Positions 29,856 to 37,708 are shown, counted from the stretch's first letter. The stretch is DNA of 64,000 nucleotides from a virus (IMGVR_UViG_3300042013_000056:96001-160000); one strand, 5' to 3'. The notes: a model not told the origin generated them from the letters alone. Translations and numbers: made by a program.

Positions 29856-30731
29856 TTATTTCTTCCTGCCGACCCAACGACCTTCGGAATCCATAACAAG
29901 CGGTTCAAGTACAGGCATCGAATCGATGATTAAAGCTGTACCGATGATTGGGCGTTTGATGTTTACGTTGTTGTAGTTGAAAGCCAATGCATCGTCATCG
30001 ACCAGACAACCGGTCTGTAAGCCCCAGTACAAGCCTGTAGGATTACGCCAGTAGCTAACCTTAAAGGTTTCGTGATAGTGGCCCTGAACAGCGTTCATGC
30101 CCATCTGCTGGCTAAGTTGAATGACATCGCTCGACTTACCGTGATGGAAGTAGCAATTCTGACCATTTGGCAGTTTGATAGTAAGTTCAAATGACCATTT
30201 CCAGTTCGGACCCACACCAAGAACTTCGTTGTACGATTTGATGTAGTGTTTTGGAATTCCGTTGGTTTTTGCTTTACGCCATACCAGTGAGCCGTGGTTT
30301 GATTCAATGATGTCCATTTTCGGGAACATTTGATACAATTCAGCGATCACTGCTTGGCTTTGACGCAATTCATCACCGGCACTTGGCAGATCAGGGTCAT
30401 GGTCGTGGAAGCTCAACGCGTGTTTGTCAAGTTCATCGCCCATTGAGATAATTCGAGTCGGCTTGTATTTCTTTTTCAGATAAGCCAGAAACTCCAACAG
30501 GTCAGGGTGATGATACGGAATGTGCATATCACTGATGACTAAAATTCGATCATTGTTTTCCGTCGCTGCATCCAGCTTGCGGATGGCGAATTTTGTTCCA
30601 ACGGGTTTACCGAACTCTTTGCGTAGAAAGTCCGAGACTGTTGACTTTGGTTGCCCTACAGTTTCAGAAATACTGCGCCACGATAAGTTCTGTTTGGCTA
30701 ATTCAACAGCCTTCGATTTCCATTCTTGCAT
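29856..30731 (-). CDS. Metallophosphoesterase with N-terminal HTH
   Basis: ISDMHIPY, MGDELD, SNH, FHHG, QGHYH. Confidence 0.85.
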   Translation of the reverse strand: MQEWKSKAVELAKQNLSWRSISETVGQPKSTVSDFLRKEFGKPVGTKFAIRKLDAATENNDRILVISDMHIPYHHPDLLEFLAYLKKKYKPTRIISMGDELDKHALSFHDHDPDLPSAGDELRQSQAVIAELYQMFPKMDIIESNHGSLVWRKAKTNGIPKHYIKSYNEVLGVGPNWKWSFELTIKLPNGQNCYFHHGKSSDVIQLSQQMGMNAVQGHYHETFKVSYWRNPTGLYWGLQTGCLVDDDALAFNYNNVNIKRPIIGTALIIDSMPVLEPLVMDSEGRWVGRKK

Positions 30732-30784
30732 TAGTTATCTCGTTGAGAGGTTGGCCCGGTGGGCATCACACTTATTTACGGGCG

Positions 30785-30810
30785 TAAAAAAAGGGCCATT
30801 CGGCCCTTTC
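30785..30810 (-). terminator. Intrinsic terminator
   Basis: aaaaaagggcc-attc-ggccctttc. Confidence 0.75.
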
Positions 30811-30823
30811 ATATGATTTTGCA

Positions 30824-31219
30824 TCAGCTACGTGCGATGGTTGAAGCCAGACTTTTATCAAACTGACCAGCGTAGTTGCCGTTGAGGTATTGCATTACCG
30901 CTGGGACACCGACCAAACCATTAGCTGTAATCAAATCACGGATTTGAGATTCACTAAGTTGTTTCGGCAAAAGTCCAGCGAGAACTTGGTTTTCGGTTTC
31001 AAGCTTTGGATTGGCACGGTGTTTCAGACTTTCATCGTTGGACTTGATCAGTTTCTTGACCGCATCAACAACTTGAGCTTCTGTGTAAACCTTGCCAGTA
31101 CGCTTTTCAACTGTTTCGATTTCACCCAAAAGCAGGTTGAGAATCGCAACTTCAATTGCGCGGGATGGGTCACGTCGGGCATCCAGTTTCTGGGCACCGA
31201 TTGTTTCAATCAAACTCAT
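30824..31219 (-). CDS. GatB/YqeY domain protein
   Basis: LLLGEI, VKKLIKS, LLPKQLSESQI, GQFDKSLAS. Confidence 0.75.
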   Translation of the reverse strand: MSLIETIGAQKLDARRDPSRAIEVAILNLLLGEIETVEKRTGKVYTEAQVVDAVKKLIKSNDESLKHRANPKLETENQVLAGLLPKQLSESQIRDLITANGLVGVPAVMQYLNGNYAGQFDKSLASTIARS

Positions 31220-31240
31220 TATGTAATACTCACTAATTAA

Positions 31241-31954
31241 TCAAAGTTCGTGTGAGATTTCCAACTTGTGGAATACAGCACGACTACCCTCATCGGGTGT
31301 GGTTGTGTCGGTTGGGTCTTCTTGGTTGTAAACACCAGCTTTCATGTACAGTTCACGAACACCCCAGCTAGGTTCGAACGCCAAGTCTAGTTTTCCATCA
31401 CGTCGTAGACCGGTTTTATCGGTGTAACTCGCATTGAAAATAACCTTCCCAGATTTGGTTACGTGGATAACGAATGTGAATCGAGCCCCAAGAGGGATAT
31501 CTTTCAACAAAGCGTAATCTACAGGATTCGTCTGATCGAATGCCTTACGGAATCCAACAGTCAGTTGACCAATACCGTCTGCTGCTTTATCAAAAGACAG
31601 TTTGACAGGTGGTCTAGTTGAATCTTTAACATGAATCTGACCAATAACAGTTTCGCCACCCTTTGGAACTTGATTAACAGTCATTGCTACACGCAGCCAA
31701 TGGTCACTGAAATCAGCGAACTTCCAATTATACGTGGCACCTTGAGCGGTTACTTCACGCAGTTCTGTGCGGGTACGACTTGTTGACTTGGATGATGCGC
31801 CCTTGGTAGGTGCCCATAGACGGATATCACCATTCGATTCAACTGAAAAGTATTCGTTCTGTGGGAAAGTACCCGGTGCATATGTAATACATTCATCACT
31901 ACCGGGGAACTTTGGTTCTGGGGTAGTGAGGTTAAGCAGATTTAACAGAATCAT
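31241..31954 (-). CDS. Polysaccharide lyase family 7 (alginate lyase)
   Basis: All three PL7 signatures: RTELRE, QIH, YMKAGVYNQ. Confidence 0.88.
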   Translation of the reverse strand: MILLNLLNLTTPEPKFPGSDECITYAPGTFPQNEYFSVESNGDIRLWAPTKGASSKSTSRTRTELREVTAQGATYNWKFADFSDHWLRVAMTVNQVPKGGETVIGQIHVKDSTRPPVKLSFDKAADGIGQLTVGFRKAFDQTNPVDYALLKDIPLGARFTFVIHVTKSGKVIFNASYTDKTGLRRDGKLDLAFEPSWGVRELYMKAGVYNQEDPTDTTTPDEGSRAVFHKLEISHEL

Positions 31955-32003
31955 GAAAACACCTTTAAATTTTAGAAATTACAATCAAGGTATATTCATC
32001 AAT

Positions 32004-32080
32004 TGGTGCCAACACTGAGCATCGAACTCAAGTCTCATCCTTACCAAAGATGTATTCTAACCAATCTGAACTATGTCGGC
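32004..32080 (-). tRNA. tRNA-Thr(GGT)
   Basis: Loop TTGGTAA, CCA. Confidence 0.9.
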
Positions 32081-32185
32081 TTGATGCCCATTCAAGGGCT
32101 TGCTGTATGCGGTATTAGCCGCGTCGCGAAGGGACGTTACAGCTACGACCACTCCACCGGCACATGGCAACCCATGGCGCTAAGT

Positions 32186-32260
32186 TGGTGTTCCCGGTCG
32201 GTAACGATCCGACTACCCGTTGCGTGTAAGGCAACCGCTCTCCCTTTGAGCTACAGGAAC
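32186..32260 (-). tRNA. tRNA-Val(TAC)
   Basis: GTTGC-CTTACAC-GCAAC, CCA. Confidence 0.88.
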
Positions 32261-32266
32261 TTTTAA

Positions 32267-32322
32267 CAGGTTACAGTTTTGGTTTTCATATGCGAGAAAG
32301 TTTGGACTGCTGTTTGTAACCT
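32267..32322 (-). ncRNA. AACAGCA-motif RNA, copy 1
   Basis: AGGTTAC-A-AACAGCAG...GTAACCT-G. Confidence 0.7.
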
Positions 32323-32326
32323 AAAT

Positions 32327-32400
32327 TGGCAGGGGTAGTAGGAATCGAACCTACGACAACGATGTCAAAGACCGTTGTGATACCATTTCACCATACCCCA
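32327..32400 (-). tRNA. tRNA-Gln(TTG)
   Basis: Loop CTTTGAC, CCA. Confidence 0.92.
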
Positions 32401-32550
32401 ATCTAACATGGTCAGCCGCTGCCTGACCGTAATACTACTTGTTCTTTACGAACTGGCTGTATCTGCGCTACGCGGGTCTGTTACCGTCATATTTCAACGG
32501 CTTGGTGTTTAACGTGCTTGAGACTCATACTCACACGATGCTTGCGCATT

Positions 32551-32640
32551 TGGCGGATACAGTAGGTATCGAACCCAAGCCGTATTAACAGCCCAACTGG
32601 TTAGCAACCAGCGCTACCAAACCTTGGCAGATCAGTATCC
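32551..32640 (-). tRNA. tRNA-Ser(GCT)
   Basis: Loop TTGCTAA, long variable arm, G73, CCA. Confidence 0.85.
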
Positions 32641-32873
32641 AAATCTTCTACAACAGTGCGGGATTCGAGGTAATCAATGTTTCTCTGATTACACACCAAC
32701 ACAACTCCGTACTTTTCACGTAATTCTTTGCTTGCTGCGATAGCCGCATCCAAACGTTCTTTCATTTTAGCGCGCTGTTCAGCCCTTTCATCCGGTGACT
32801 GTTGCTCATGATAACGCTTGAGCAATTCAGGGCACAGATGGAAGCCTGTATAACCGCAATGATCACATTTCAA
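32601..32873 (-). CDS. Hypothetical protein, 3' end overlaps tRNA-Ser(GCT)
   Basis: 90 aa ORF. Confidence 0.5.
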   Translation of the reverse strand: MKCDHCGYTGFHLCPELLKRYHEQQSPDERAEQRAKMKERLDAAIAASKELREKYGVVLVCNQRNIDYLESRTVVEDLDTDLPRFGSAGC

Positions 32874-33085
32874 GCCGAAACTACCGGTGCGAGTACCGCT
32901 TCGATGAAAAACTTACCATCATCAACAATACCAGCGACCTGATGGCCTTCAACCATGATACCAACACGGCGCATATCGAATTCTTCTGAAGTGTTCCCGA
33001 ACTTCGAATAGTCTGGAATGTAGCCAAGAGATTCAACACCCAAATCAACTTCAACAGGAACTTCTTTCAACGGCAGATTCAACAT
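32870..33085 (-). CDS. Hypothetical protein
   Basis: 71 aa ORF with TGTGAG upstream. Confidence 0.55.
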   Translation of the reverse strand: MLNLPLKEVPVEVDLGVESLGYIPDYSKFGNTSEEFDMRRVGIMVEGHQVAGIVDDGKFFIEAVLAPVVSA

Positions 33086-33110
33086 TTGATTCTCACATGG
33101 TTATAACAGT

Positions 33111-33201
33111 TGGCAGCGTTAAGAGGTATCGAACCCCAACCGGGATTAGCCGGTCGAACTACTTTCCAAGTAGACCCCATCACCATCAAGGATTTAACGC
33201 T
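33111..33201 (-). tRNA. tRNA-Ser(GGA)
   Basis: Loop TTGGAAA, long variable arm, G73, CCA. Confidence 0.85.
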
Positions 33202-33206
33202 ATATT

Positions 33207-33312
33207 TGGTGCAATGTCGCGGAGTCGAACCACGTTGTATCTCACTGACTGGGCCAATTTATCCCAGCGTTTAGGAAGCTATCCGTTGGCAACTAAATCA
33301 GGTCAACAATAC
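33207..33312 (-). ncRNA. Atypical tRNA-like RNA (Arg CCT-like loop, enlarged extra arm)
   Basis: Acceptor GTATTGT/ACATTGC, T-arm CGTGG-TTCGACT-CCGCG, TTCCTAA loop with weak stem, CCA. Confidence 0.55.
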
Positions 33313-33334
33313 AAGACCATTCACAAAGCATATT

Positions 33335-33410
33335 TGGTGCGGGCAACAGGACTTGAACCTGCAACTTCCTGCTTGGCAAGCAGGTACTCTACCAATTGAG
33401 CTATGCACGC
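33335..33410 (-). tRNA. tRNA-Gly(GCC)
   Basis: CCTGC-TTGCCAA-GCAGG, CCA. Confidence 0.93.
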
Positions 33411-33426
33411 ATTTTGAAACTTAATT

Positions 33427-33503
33427 TGGTGCCCATAGCGAGAATCGAACTCGCTTTTTACGGTTGAAAGCCGTATGTCCTAGACCGTGTAGACGATATG
33501 GGC
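33427..33503 (-). tRNA. tRNA-Glu(TTC)
   Basis: TACGG-CTTTCAA-CCGTA, CCA. Confidence 0.92.
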
Positions 33504-33507
33504 AAAG

Positions 33508-33622
33508 CTGGCTGCATTAACTGTAGTCGCCAGACCAGAGTTAGGATTCTCTGCCGGGAAATCGAATCCCGGTAATTTTCGTCAAAAGGAAAGTTTAGTT
33601 AATTGGTTGCTGTTAGCAGCCG
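33508..33622 (-). ncRNA. AACAGCA-motif RNA, copy 2
   Basis: GGCTGC-T-AACAGCAA...GCAGCC; internal T-arm-like CCGGGA-TTCGATT-TCCCGG. Confidence 0.7.
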
Positions 33623-33740
33623 TTCCTGTTTTTGGTTTGATACATCCCTAGTTGCACTTCCTGAGAAGGAATTTACGCAATTGCAGCAACTTATTGGGAT
33701 TCGATCAGTTGTCTCGGTTACTCTGACCTTGTATCAAATT

Positions 33741-33824
33741 TGGTACGGAATGAGGGATTCGAACCCTCAAGGGCACGGCTTCTAAGGCCGTTAGCTGTGC
33801 CAGATTTGCATTAGCCAATTCCGC
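33741..33824 (-). tRNA. tRNA-Leu(TAG), short variable loop and enlarged D-loop
   Basis: ACGGC-CTTAGAA-GCCGT, CCA. Confidence 0.8.
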
Positions 33825-33856
33825 ATTGTTTCGTTTTTCTGTTGCTTATACGTTAC

Positions 33857-33889
33857 ATTCTATATCAAATGTCACACAGAATAAACATT
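33857..33889 (-). promoter_or_regulatory. Phage promoter (tRNA block)
   Basis: AATGTTTA...TAGAAT. Confidence 0.78.
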
Positions 33890-33902
33890 AGAATCAATTA
33901 TT

Positions 33903-33977
33903 TGGTGGACCGCAAGGGGATCGAACCCTTACCCCCGACGTGCAAGGCCGGTGTGCTCCCATTATCACTAGCAGCCC
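33903..33977 (-). tRNA. tRNA-Ala(TGC)
   Basis: Loop CTTGCAC, G3:U70, CCA. Confidence 0.92.
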
Positions 33978-33987
33978 ATATTGTTAT

Positions 33988-34209
33988 TTAGGCGTACCCA
34001 ACGAACACATCGTTGATATACATCTTTAATTTCTTTTGTGGTAGCGCCCACTGTGCAGCATATTGAATGGCTTCACGGTACGATTTAAACGGCCCGCGAC
34101 AATCACCCTGCCCACGGCCTGTTCCTACGAACCATTCGCCGTTATCGAGCTTACAGACGCCACACAAGCCGCGTGCAGCCCGTTGTTTCAGGACTTGCAA
34201 TCTGGACAT
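33988..34209 (-). CDS. Hypothetical protein
   Basis: 73 aa ORF with TGTGAG upstream. Confidence 0.55.
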   Translation of the reverse strand: MSRLQVLKQRAARGLCGVCKLDNGEWFVGTGRGQGDCRGPFKSYREAIQYAAQWALPQKKLKMYINDVFVGYA

Positions 34210-34278
34210 ATCATTCTCACAATAGAAGGCTGCAACGTAACAAAGAACCAGTCTAAGCCAGTGGATGCAGCTCGTTTT

Positions 34279-34353
34279 TGGTAGTTCCGACCGGGAACGA
34301 TCCGGTGATTTGTCCTTATGAGGGACTTGGTTTACCGATTAGCCTACGGAACT
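34279..34353 (-). tRNA. tRNA(CAT), elongator Met or Ile2
   Basis: Loop CTCATAA, CCA. Confidence 0.85.
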
Positions 34354-34437
34354 ATATTTTTGACCTCTTGAGTGGCTTCTCCCCGAAGGTTTCCGCTTAT
34401 ATTGCCACTGGGAGTCACCCCAACGCCCGAAGGTGAT

Positions 34438-34516
34438 TGGTTGCGGGTGCTGGATTCGAACCAGCGAGCTTTGGCGTATGAAACCAATGAGATAGGCCAG
34501 ACTTCTCTAACCCGCA
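34438..34516 (-). tRNA. tRNA-fMet-like (CAT)
   Basis: TGCGGGT acceptor, loop TTCATAC, ACCCGCAACCA end. Confidence 0.8.
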
Positions 34517-34517
34517 A

Positions 34518-34868
34518 TTATTCTAATCTTAACCGCACATGTTCTTCACGATGGCAGTTGGCACATAGCATCAAACACTTATCTAACTCCGCCTGTATGA
34601 CTACCCAAGCTTTGTTATGTGTGTTGGCACCTATGCCGAAGTCTTTCTGTGTTGGGTCTTTGTGATGGAACTCAAGGGCTTCTACACACTTGTTGTAGCC
34701 GCACGTTTCACATCTACCACCCTTGTATGCAATAGCCATCATTTTGACTTTAGCACGCCGACGTTTTACAGCGTCGTACATACACTTGCGACAGCGCTCA
34801 TGGTATTTCTGCACCGAATGGACTGTTTCACCATGCTTGGCACAGACCTTGATTACTGTATCTACCAC
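34518..34868 (-). mobile_element. HNH endonuclease between tRNAs
   Basis: CETCGY...LEFHH...LCANCHREEH. Confidence 0.88.
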
Positions 34869-34883
34869 ATCAGACCTTATATT

Positions 34884-34958
34884 TGGTGCTACTAGCAGGA
34901 CTCGAACCTACGCCGATCGATTATCGGTCGATTGCACTACCAACTGTGCTATAGTAGC
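34884..34958 (-). tRNA. tRNA-Ile(GAT)
   Basis: ATCGA-CCGATAA-TCGAT, CCA. Confidence 0.9.
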
Positions 34959-34974
34959 TTTGTATCATTGAATT

Positions 34975-35051
34975 TGGTCACCCTACACAGATTCGAACTG
35001 TGTCTTCATCGTCCCAAACGATGTGTGCTAGCCGTTGAACACTATAGGGAG
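34975..35051 (-). tRNA. tRNA-Pro(TGG), copy 1
   Basis: CATCG-TTTGGGA-CGATG, CCA. Confidence 0.9.
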
Positions 35052-35053
35052 AT

Positions 35054-35135
35054 TGGTGGGTTATTGGTGGAATCGAACCACCGACCGTATCATACGTCCT
35101 GTACAAGACAGAATGAACAGCCAAACATGTAACCC
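35054..35135 (-). tRNA. tRNA-Tyr(GTA), divergent
   Basis: TTGTACA loop, variable arm CGTATGATACG, weak D-arm, CCA. Confidence 0.65.
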
Positions 35136-35149
35136 ATGAAACTTTAAAT

Positions 35150-35225
35150 TGGTCACCCCGAACAGATTTGAACTGTTTCTTCATCGTCCCAAACGACGTG
35201 TGCTACCGTTGAACACTACGGGGAG
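35150..35225 (-). tRNA. tRNA-Pro(TGG), copy 2
   Basis: Near-duplicate of 34975..35051. Confidence 0.9.
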
Positions 35226-35232
35226 TTAATAG

Positions 35233-35436
35233 CAGGTTGGCACCCTTTAACTATTGTGTCTGAGGATAATTTCCGACACGCACACAGTTATATCCCACTG
35301 TTCGGTTGCTACTTATTCTCTGTAGCCGATATCCAAGCGAACTTGGCGGTTTGATTGGTGTATTGTTGTTTGAACGAGTTCGGCAACAATAGTCCTATCT
35401 CTCTAGTATTTTTAGAGGTTTGCTGTATTCCAACCT
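35233..35436 (-). ncRNA. AACAGCA-motif RNA, copy 3 (long)
   Basis: AGGTTGG-A-ATACAGCAA...CCAACCT-G with several internal hairpins. Confidence 0.7.
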
Positions 35437-35488
35437 AATTGTGTAGGGTTAGATAGCCCTACGACCGTGCGGGGAGCAACAGTGTTCT

Positions 35489-35770
35489 TTACTTGTGCAT
35501 GACATCTAACAGATACTGGAAATCACTATCAGCGGCCTTGTAGGCAGCTTGGCGACGTTCTTCCAATAACTCTGGTGTCATCACTTTAAGGTCGGCCAAT
35601 AAAATACTGACACGAACCTTGGAATTTTTGATTACTACGCCTGCTTCGGACATAATCCGTTTACATCTGGCATCGGATTTACCGGTATACTCAACGACCT
35701 TGAACCAGCCGCGTTTGTCTTGGTAAAAACCTTTGTTGGAAAATACCAACGAACCCACTTGGACTGTCAT
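35489..35770 (-). CDS. Hypothetical protein
   Basis: Probable start MTVQV at 35770. Confidence 0.55.
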   Translation of the reverse strand: MTVQVGSLVFSNKGFYQDKRGWFKVVEYTGKSDARCKRIMSEAGVVIKNSKVRVSILLADLKVMTPELLEERRQAAYKAADSDFQYLLDVMHK

Positions 35771-35774
35771 GTAT

Positions 35775-36110
35775 TTAGCGACCCCGATTTGCGAGCAAAT
35801 GGTTACGAACTGCCTCGGCATGTGCGATTGCATCTTCATACATTTTCTCGACTTGCTGAACGCTGATTTTCGTTACCCAAGCAACTTCAATCGGTTTACC
35901 CGGCTTTGGGTTGCTGGTGATGTATTCATTGTTGTCAACCAGACGTTTTGCCTTTACATGCAAAATACCTTGGATTTCCAATACTTCTGAAACAACACCA
36001 ATACCATCACGACCTTTGTTGCCGACACGGATTTTGATCAAATCACCAAACTGAATGTCTTTCGCAAGATCGTCTTGCATTCGCTTTTGCAAATGTGTCA
36101 TCTGGTTCAA
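35775..36110 (-). CDS. Hypothetical protein
   Basis: 111 aa ORF. Confidence 0.55.
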   Translation of the reverse strand: MNQMTHLQKRMQDDLAKDIQFGDLIKIRVGNKGRDGIGVVSEVLEIQGILHVKAKRLVDNNEYITSNPKPGKPIEVAWVTKISVQQVEKMYEDAIAHAEAVRNHLLANRGR

Positions 36111-36136
36111 TATATAATTCTCACAATGAATTGTAT

Positions 36137-36234
36137 CTGAATCACCGGGTCAGTTACGCAACACCCTTTCGGGCACCCAATCTTTCAGGGCTTTACCGGC
36201 TAGCTGATTTTAGGGCTTTCGCCTACGATTCAAA
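36137..36234 (-). ncRNA. Structured RNA with GAAA tetraloops
   Basis: TGAATC/GATTCA closing stem; GGC-GAAA-GCC and CCC-GAAA-GGG hairpins. Confidence 0.5.
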
Positions 36235-36236
36235 TT

Positions 36237-36340
36237 TGGTTTGAACAGTTGGGTACGCAATGATTACGTCATTTCACCCTCTCCACTTCGAGGCGACTGA
36301 CCTAAGCCAGTTGTAATCACCCACAGATGTGTTGTTCAAA
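36237..36340 (-). ncRNA. CCA-terminated non-cloverleaf RNA
   Basis: TTTGAACA...TGTTCAAA-CCA terminal stem; inner GGGT/ACCC and GATTAC/GTAATC. Confidence 0.55.
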
Positions 36341-36342
36341 TT

Positions 36343-36418
36343 TGGTGCCGCAGAAAGGACTCGAACCCTCAACCTTCTCATTACAAGTGAGCTGCACTAC
36401 CAGTTGTGCTACAGCGGC
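36343..36418 (-). tRNA. tRNA-Thr(TGT)
   Basis: Loop CTTGTAA, CCA. Confidence 0.92.
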
Positions 36419-36591
36419 TTTTTGTATTCCTGTCTCATAACAAAACGATTCATCAAAGCATTAGCCAATGGATCATTGAGTAAATTTTTAATCAAATCCG
36501 GGGCCATCGGTTGAACCGATAGAAGTTCTCTTGCGAGTTGTTCCGGGTCAAACTTTGTAGCCCATTCACTCAACTGTTCTTTGGTCAGCAT
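36409..36591 (-). CDS. Hypothetical protein
   Basis: 60 aa ORF; its TAG stop lies in the 5' end of tRNA-Thr(TGT). Confidence 0.45.
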   Translation of the reverse strand: MLTKEQLSEWATKFDPEQLARELLSVQPMAPDLIKNLLNDPLANALMNRFVMRQEYKKPL

Positions 36592-36830
36592 GGTTCAGTC
36601 CGAAGAAGTGGATACTTCTCTTTGAAGCTTTCATGTTGACCACACCCGGAACACACATGAATGTATTTCGGTGGGTAAGTCAGGTAAGCTTCACCGGTTG
36701 CTACGAACTGCCCAACACAATTATTATGATCGGCGTGTACCTGATACGTTCGAACTTCAACCTTGCGTTCTGTTAACAGTGCAGCTCTATTACGCTGAAA
36801 CCGTTCAATCGCTTCTTCTCGGTTCATCAT
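36585..36830 (-). CDS. Hypothetical Zn-ribbon protein
   Basis: HVCSGCG; probable start MMNREE. Confidence 0.5.
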   Translation of the reverse strand: MMNREEAIERFQRNRAALLTERKVEVRTYQVHADHNNCVGQFVATGEAYLTYPPKYIHVCSGCGQHESFKEKYPLLRTEPC

Positions 36831-37243
36831 TTCCCACGTTTCTCCACAAGAGACTTTGCAAAATTGCAAGGCGAACACATGGTGGTTGTATTGCTGACAT
36901 TATCAGCACCACCCGCACTTCTCGCTAACGTATGATCATGAGTAAACAGAATCTCATTGCCCTTTTTATCTTTGCCCCAGAGGTTCAGATGATATGGAAA
37001 ATCATCAGTCTCTCTGACAGGACGTTCCACCGCATAGTAAGACGCGTGCAGCCCACATGCAGAACATTTGGTGCTACGATAAAACGTTCTTAACCGGGTT
37101 CCGCGACTGAACAGCTTGACTTGTTTACCAAACAGTTCAGTTCTGGGTTGATCCTTTGGGGAAGCTCCGACGACAGTTTTCTGTCTAGCCCGAATTTCCT
37201 TGATGTCAACAACACCTATACGATGATAATCTTGCGGCTTCAT
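36827..37243 (-). CDS. HNH-domain protein
   Basis: CSACG...THDHTLARSAGGADNVSN...MCSPCNFAK. Confidence 0.8.
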   Translation of the reverse strand: MKPQDYHRIGVVDIKEIRARQKTVVGASPKDQPRTELFGKQVKLFSRGTRLRTFYRSTKCSACGLHASYYAVERPVRETDDFPYHLNLWGKDKKGNEILFTHDHTLARSAGGADNVSNTTTMCSPCNFAKSLVEKRGK

Positions 37244-37273
37244 TGTATCAATCTCTTGCTTGGTTATGAATCA

Positions 37274-37306
37274 AGCATACCAGCATTGGAACAGAATGTA
37301 AACATT
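37274..37306 (-). promoter_or_regulatory. Phage promoter
   Basis: AATGTTTA...TATGCT. Confidence 0.72.
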
Positions 37307-37317
37307 TGAATCGAATT

Positions 37318-37514
37318 TGGTCGTGGGGGCCGGACTCGAACCAACGACCTTCGGCTTAGTTGCCGATGCTCTTAAAAACCGATAACCGCCAATGTGTCAT
37401 CCGGAAAGCAACGCCCATATCCACAAAACACTTCTACTGGCATCTAGCGTCTACTATATCGGTCGCGCACCGATGTTCAACATTCGAAATTTAATCCAAC
37501 TGAGCTACCCCACG
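37318..37514 (-). ncRNA. tRNA-like RNA with ~120 nt insertion in the D-loop
   Basis: Acceptor CGTGGGG/CCCCACG-A-CCA, D-stem GCTC/GAGC, TCGGC-AACTAA-GCCGA, TTCGAGT T-loop. Confidence 0.75.
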
Positions 37515-37623
37515 TTGCGCCATGGTTTTAGATTCAGACCCATGAACTGAATATTGCCTTGCGGCTACCTGATACTAAAGTCGGGGTTCCCATTAAAGGG
37601 GTATCCAACAATTGCATCAAATT

Positions 37624-37700
37624 TGGCTGGATATCTTGGAATCGAACCAAGCTCAAGTGATTAACAGTCACCCCGCAGCCGCCATGGCGCGTCATATCCA
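37624..37700 (-). tRNA. tRNA-Asn(GTT), copy 1
   Basis: GGTGA-CTGTTAA-TCACT, G73, CCA. Confidence 0.85.
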
Positions 37701-37708
37701 ATTTAATT

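Noticed and set aside
32105-32122. GCTAATACCGCATAC, matching a 16S rRNA helix 8 segment as I recall it
   Set aside because: A 15-nt match is expected by chance at this search size, and no flanking 16S structure is visible.
36137-36234. Twister ribozyme (GCCGGT..AAGCCC resemblance)
   Set aside because: I could not place the pseudoknot partners or the cleavage-site context; kept only as an unknown structured RNA.
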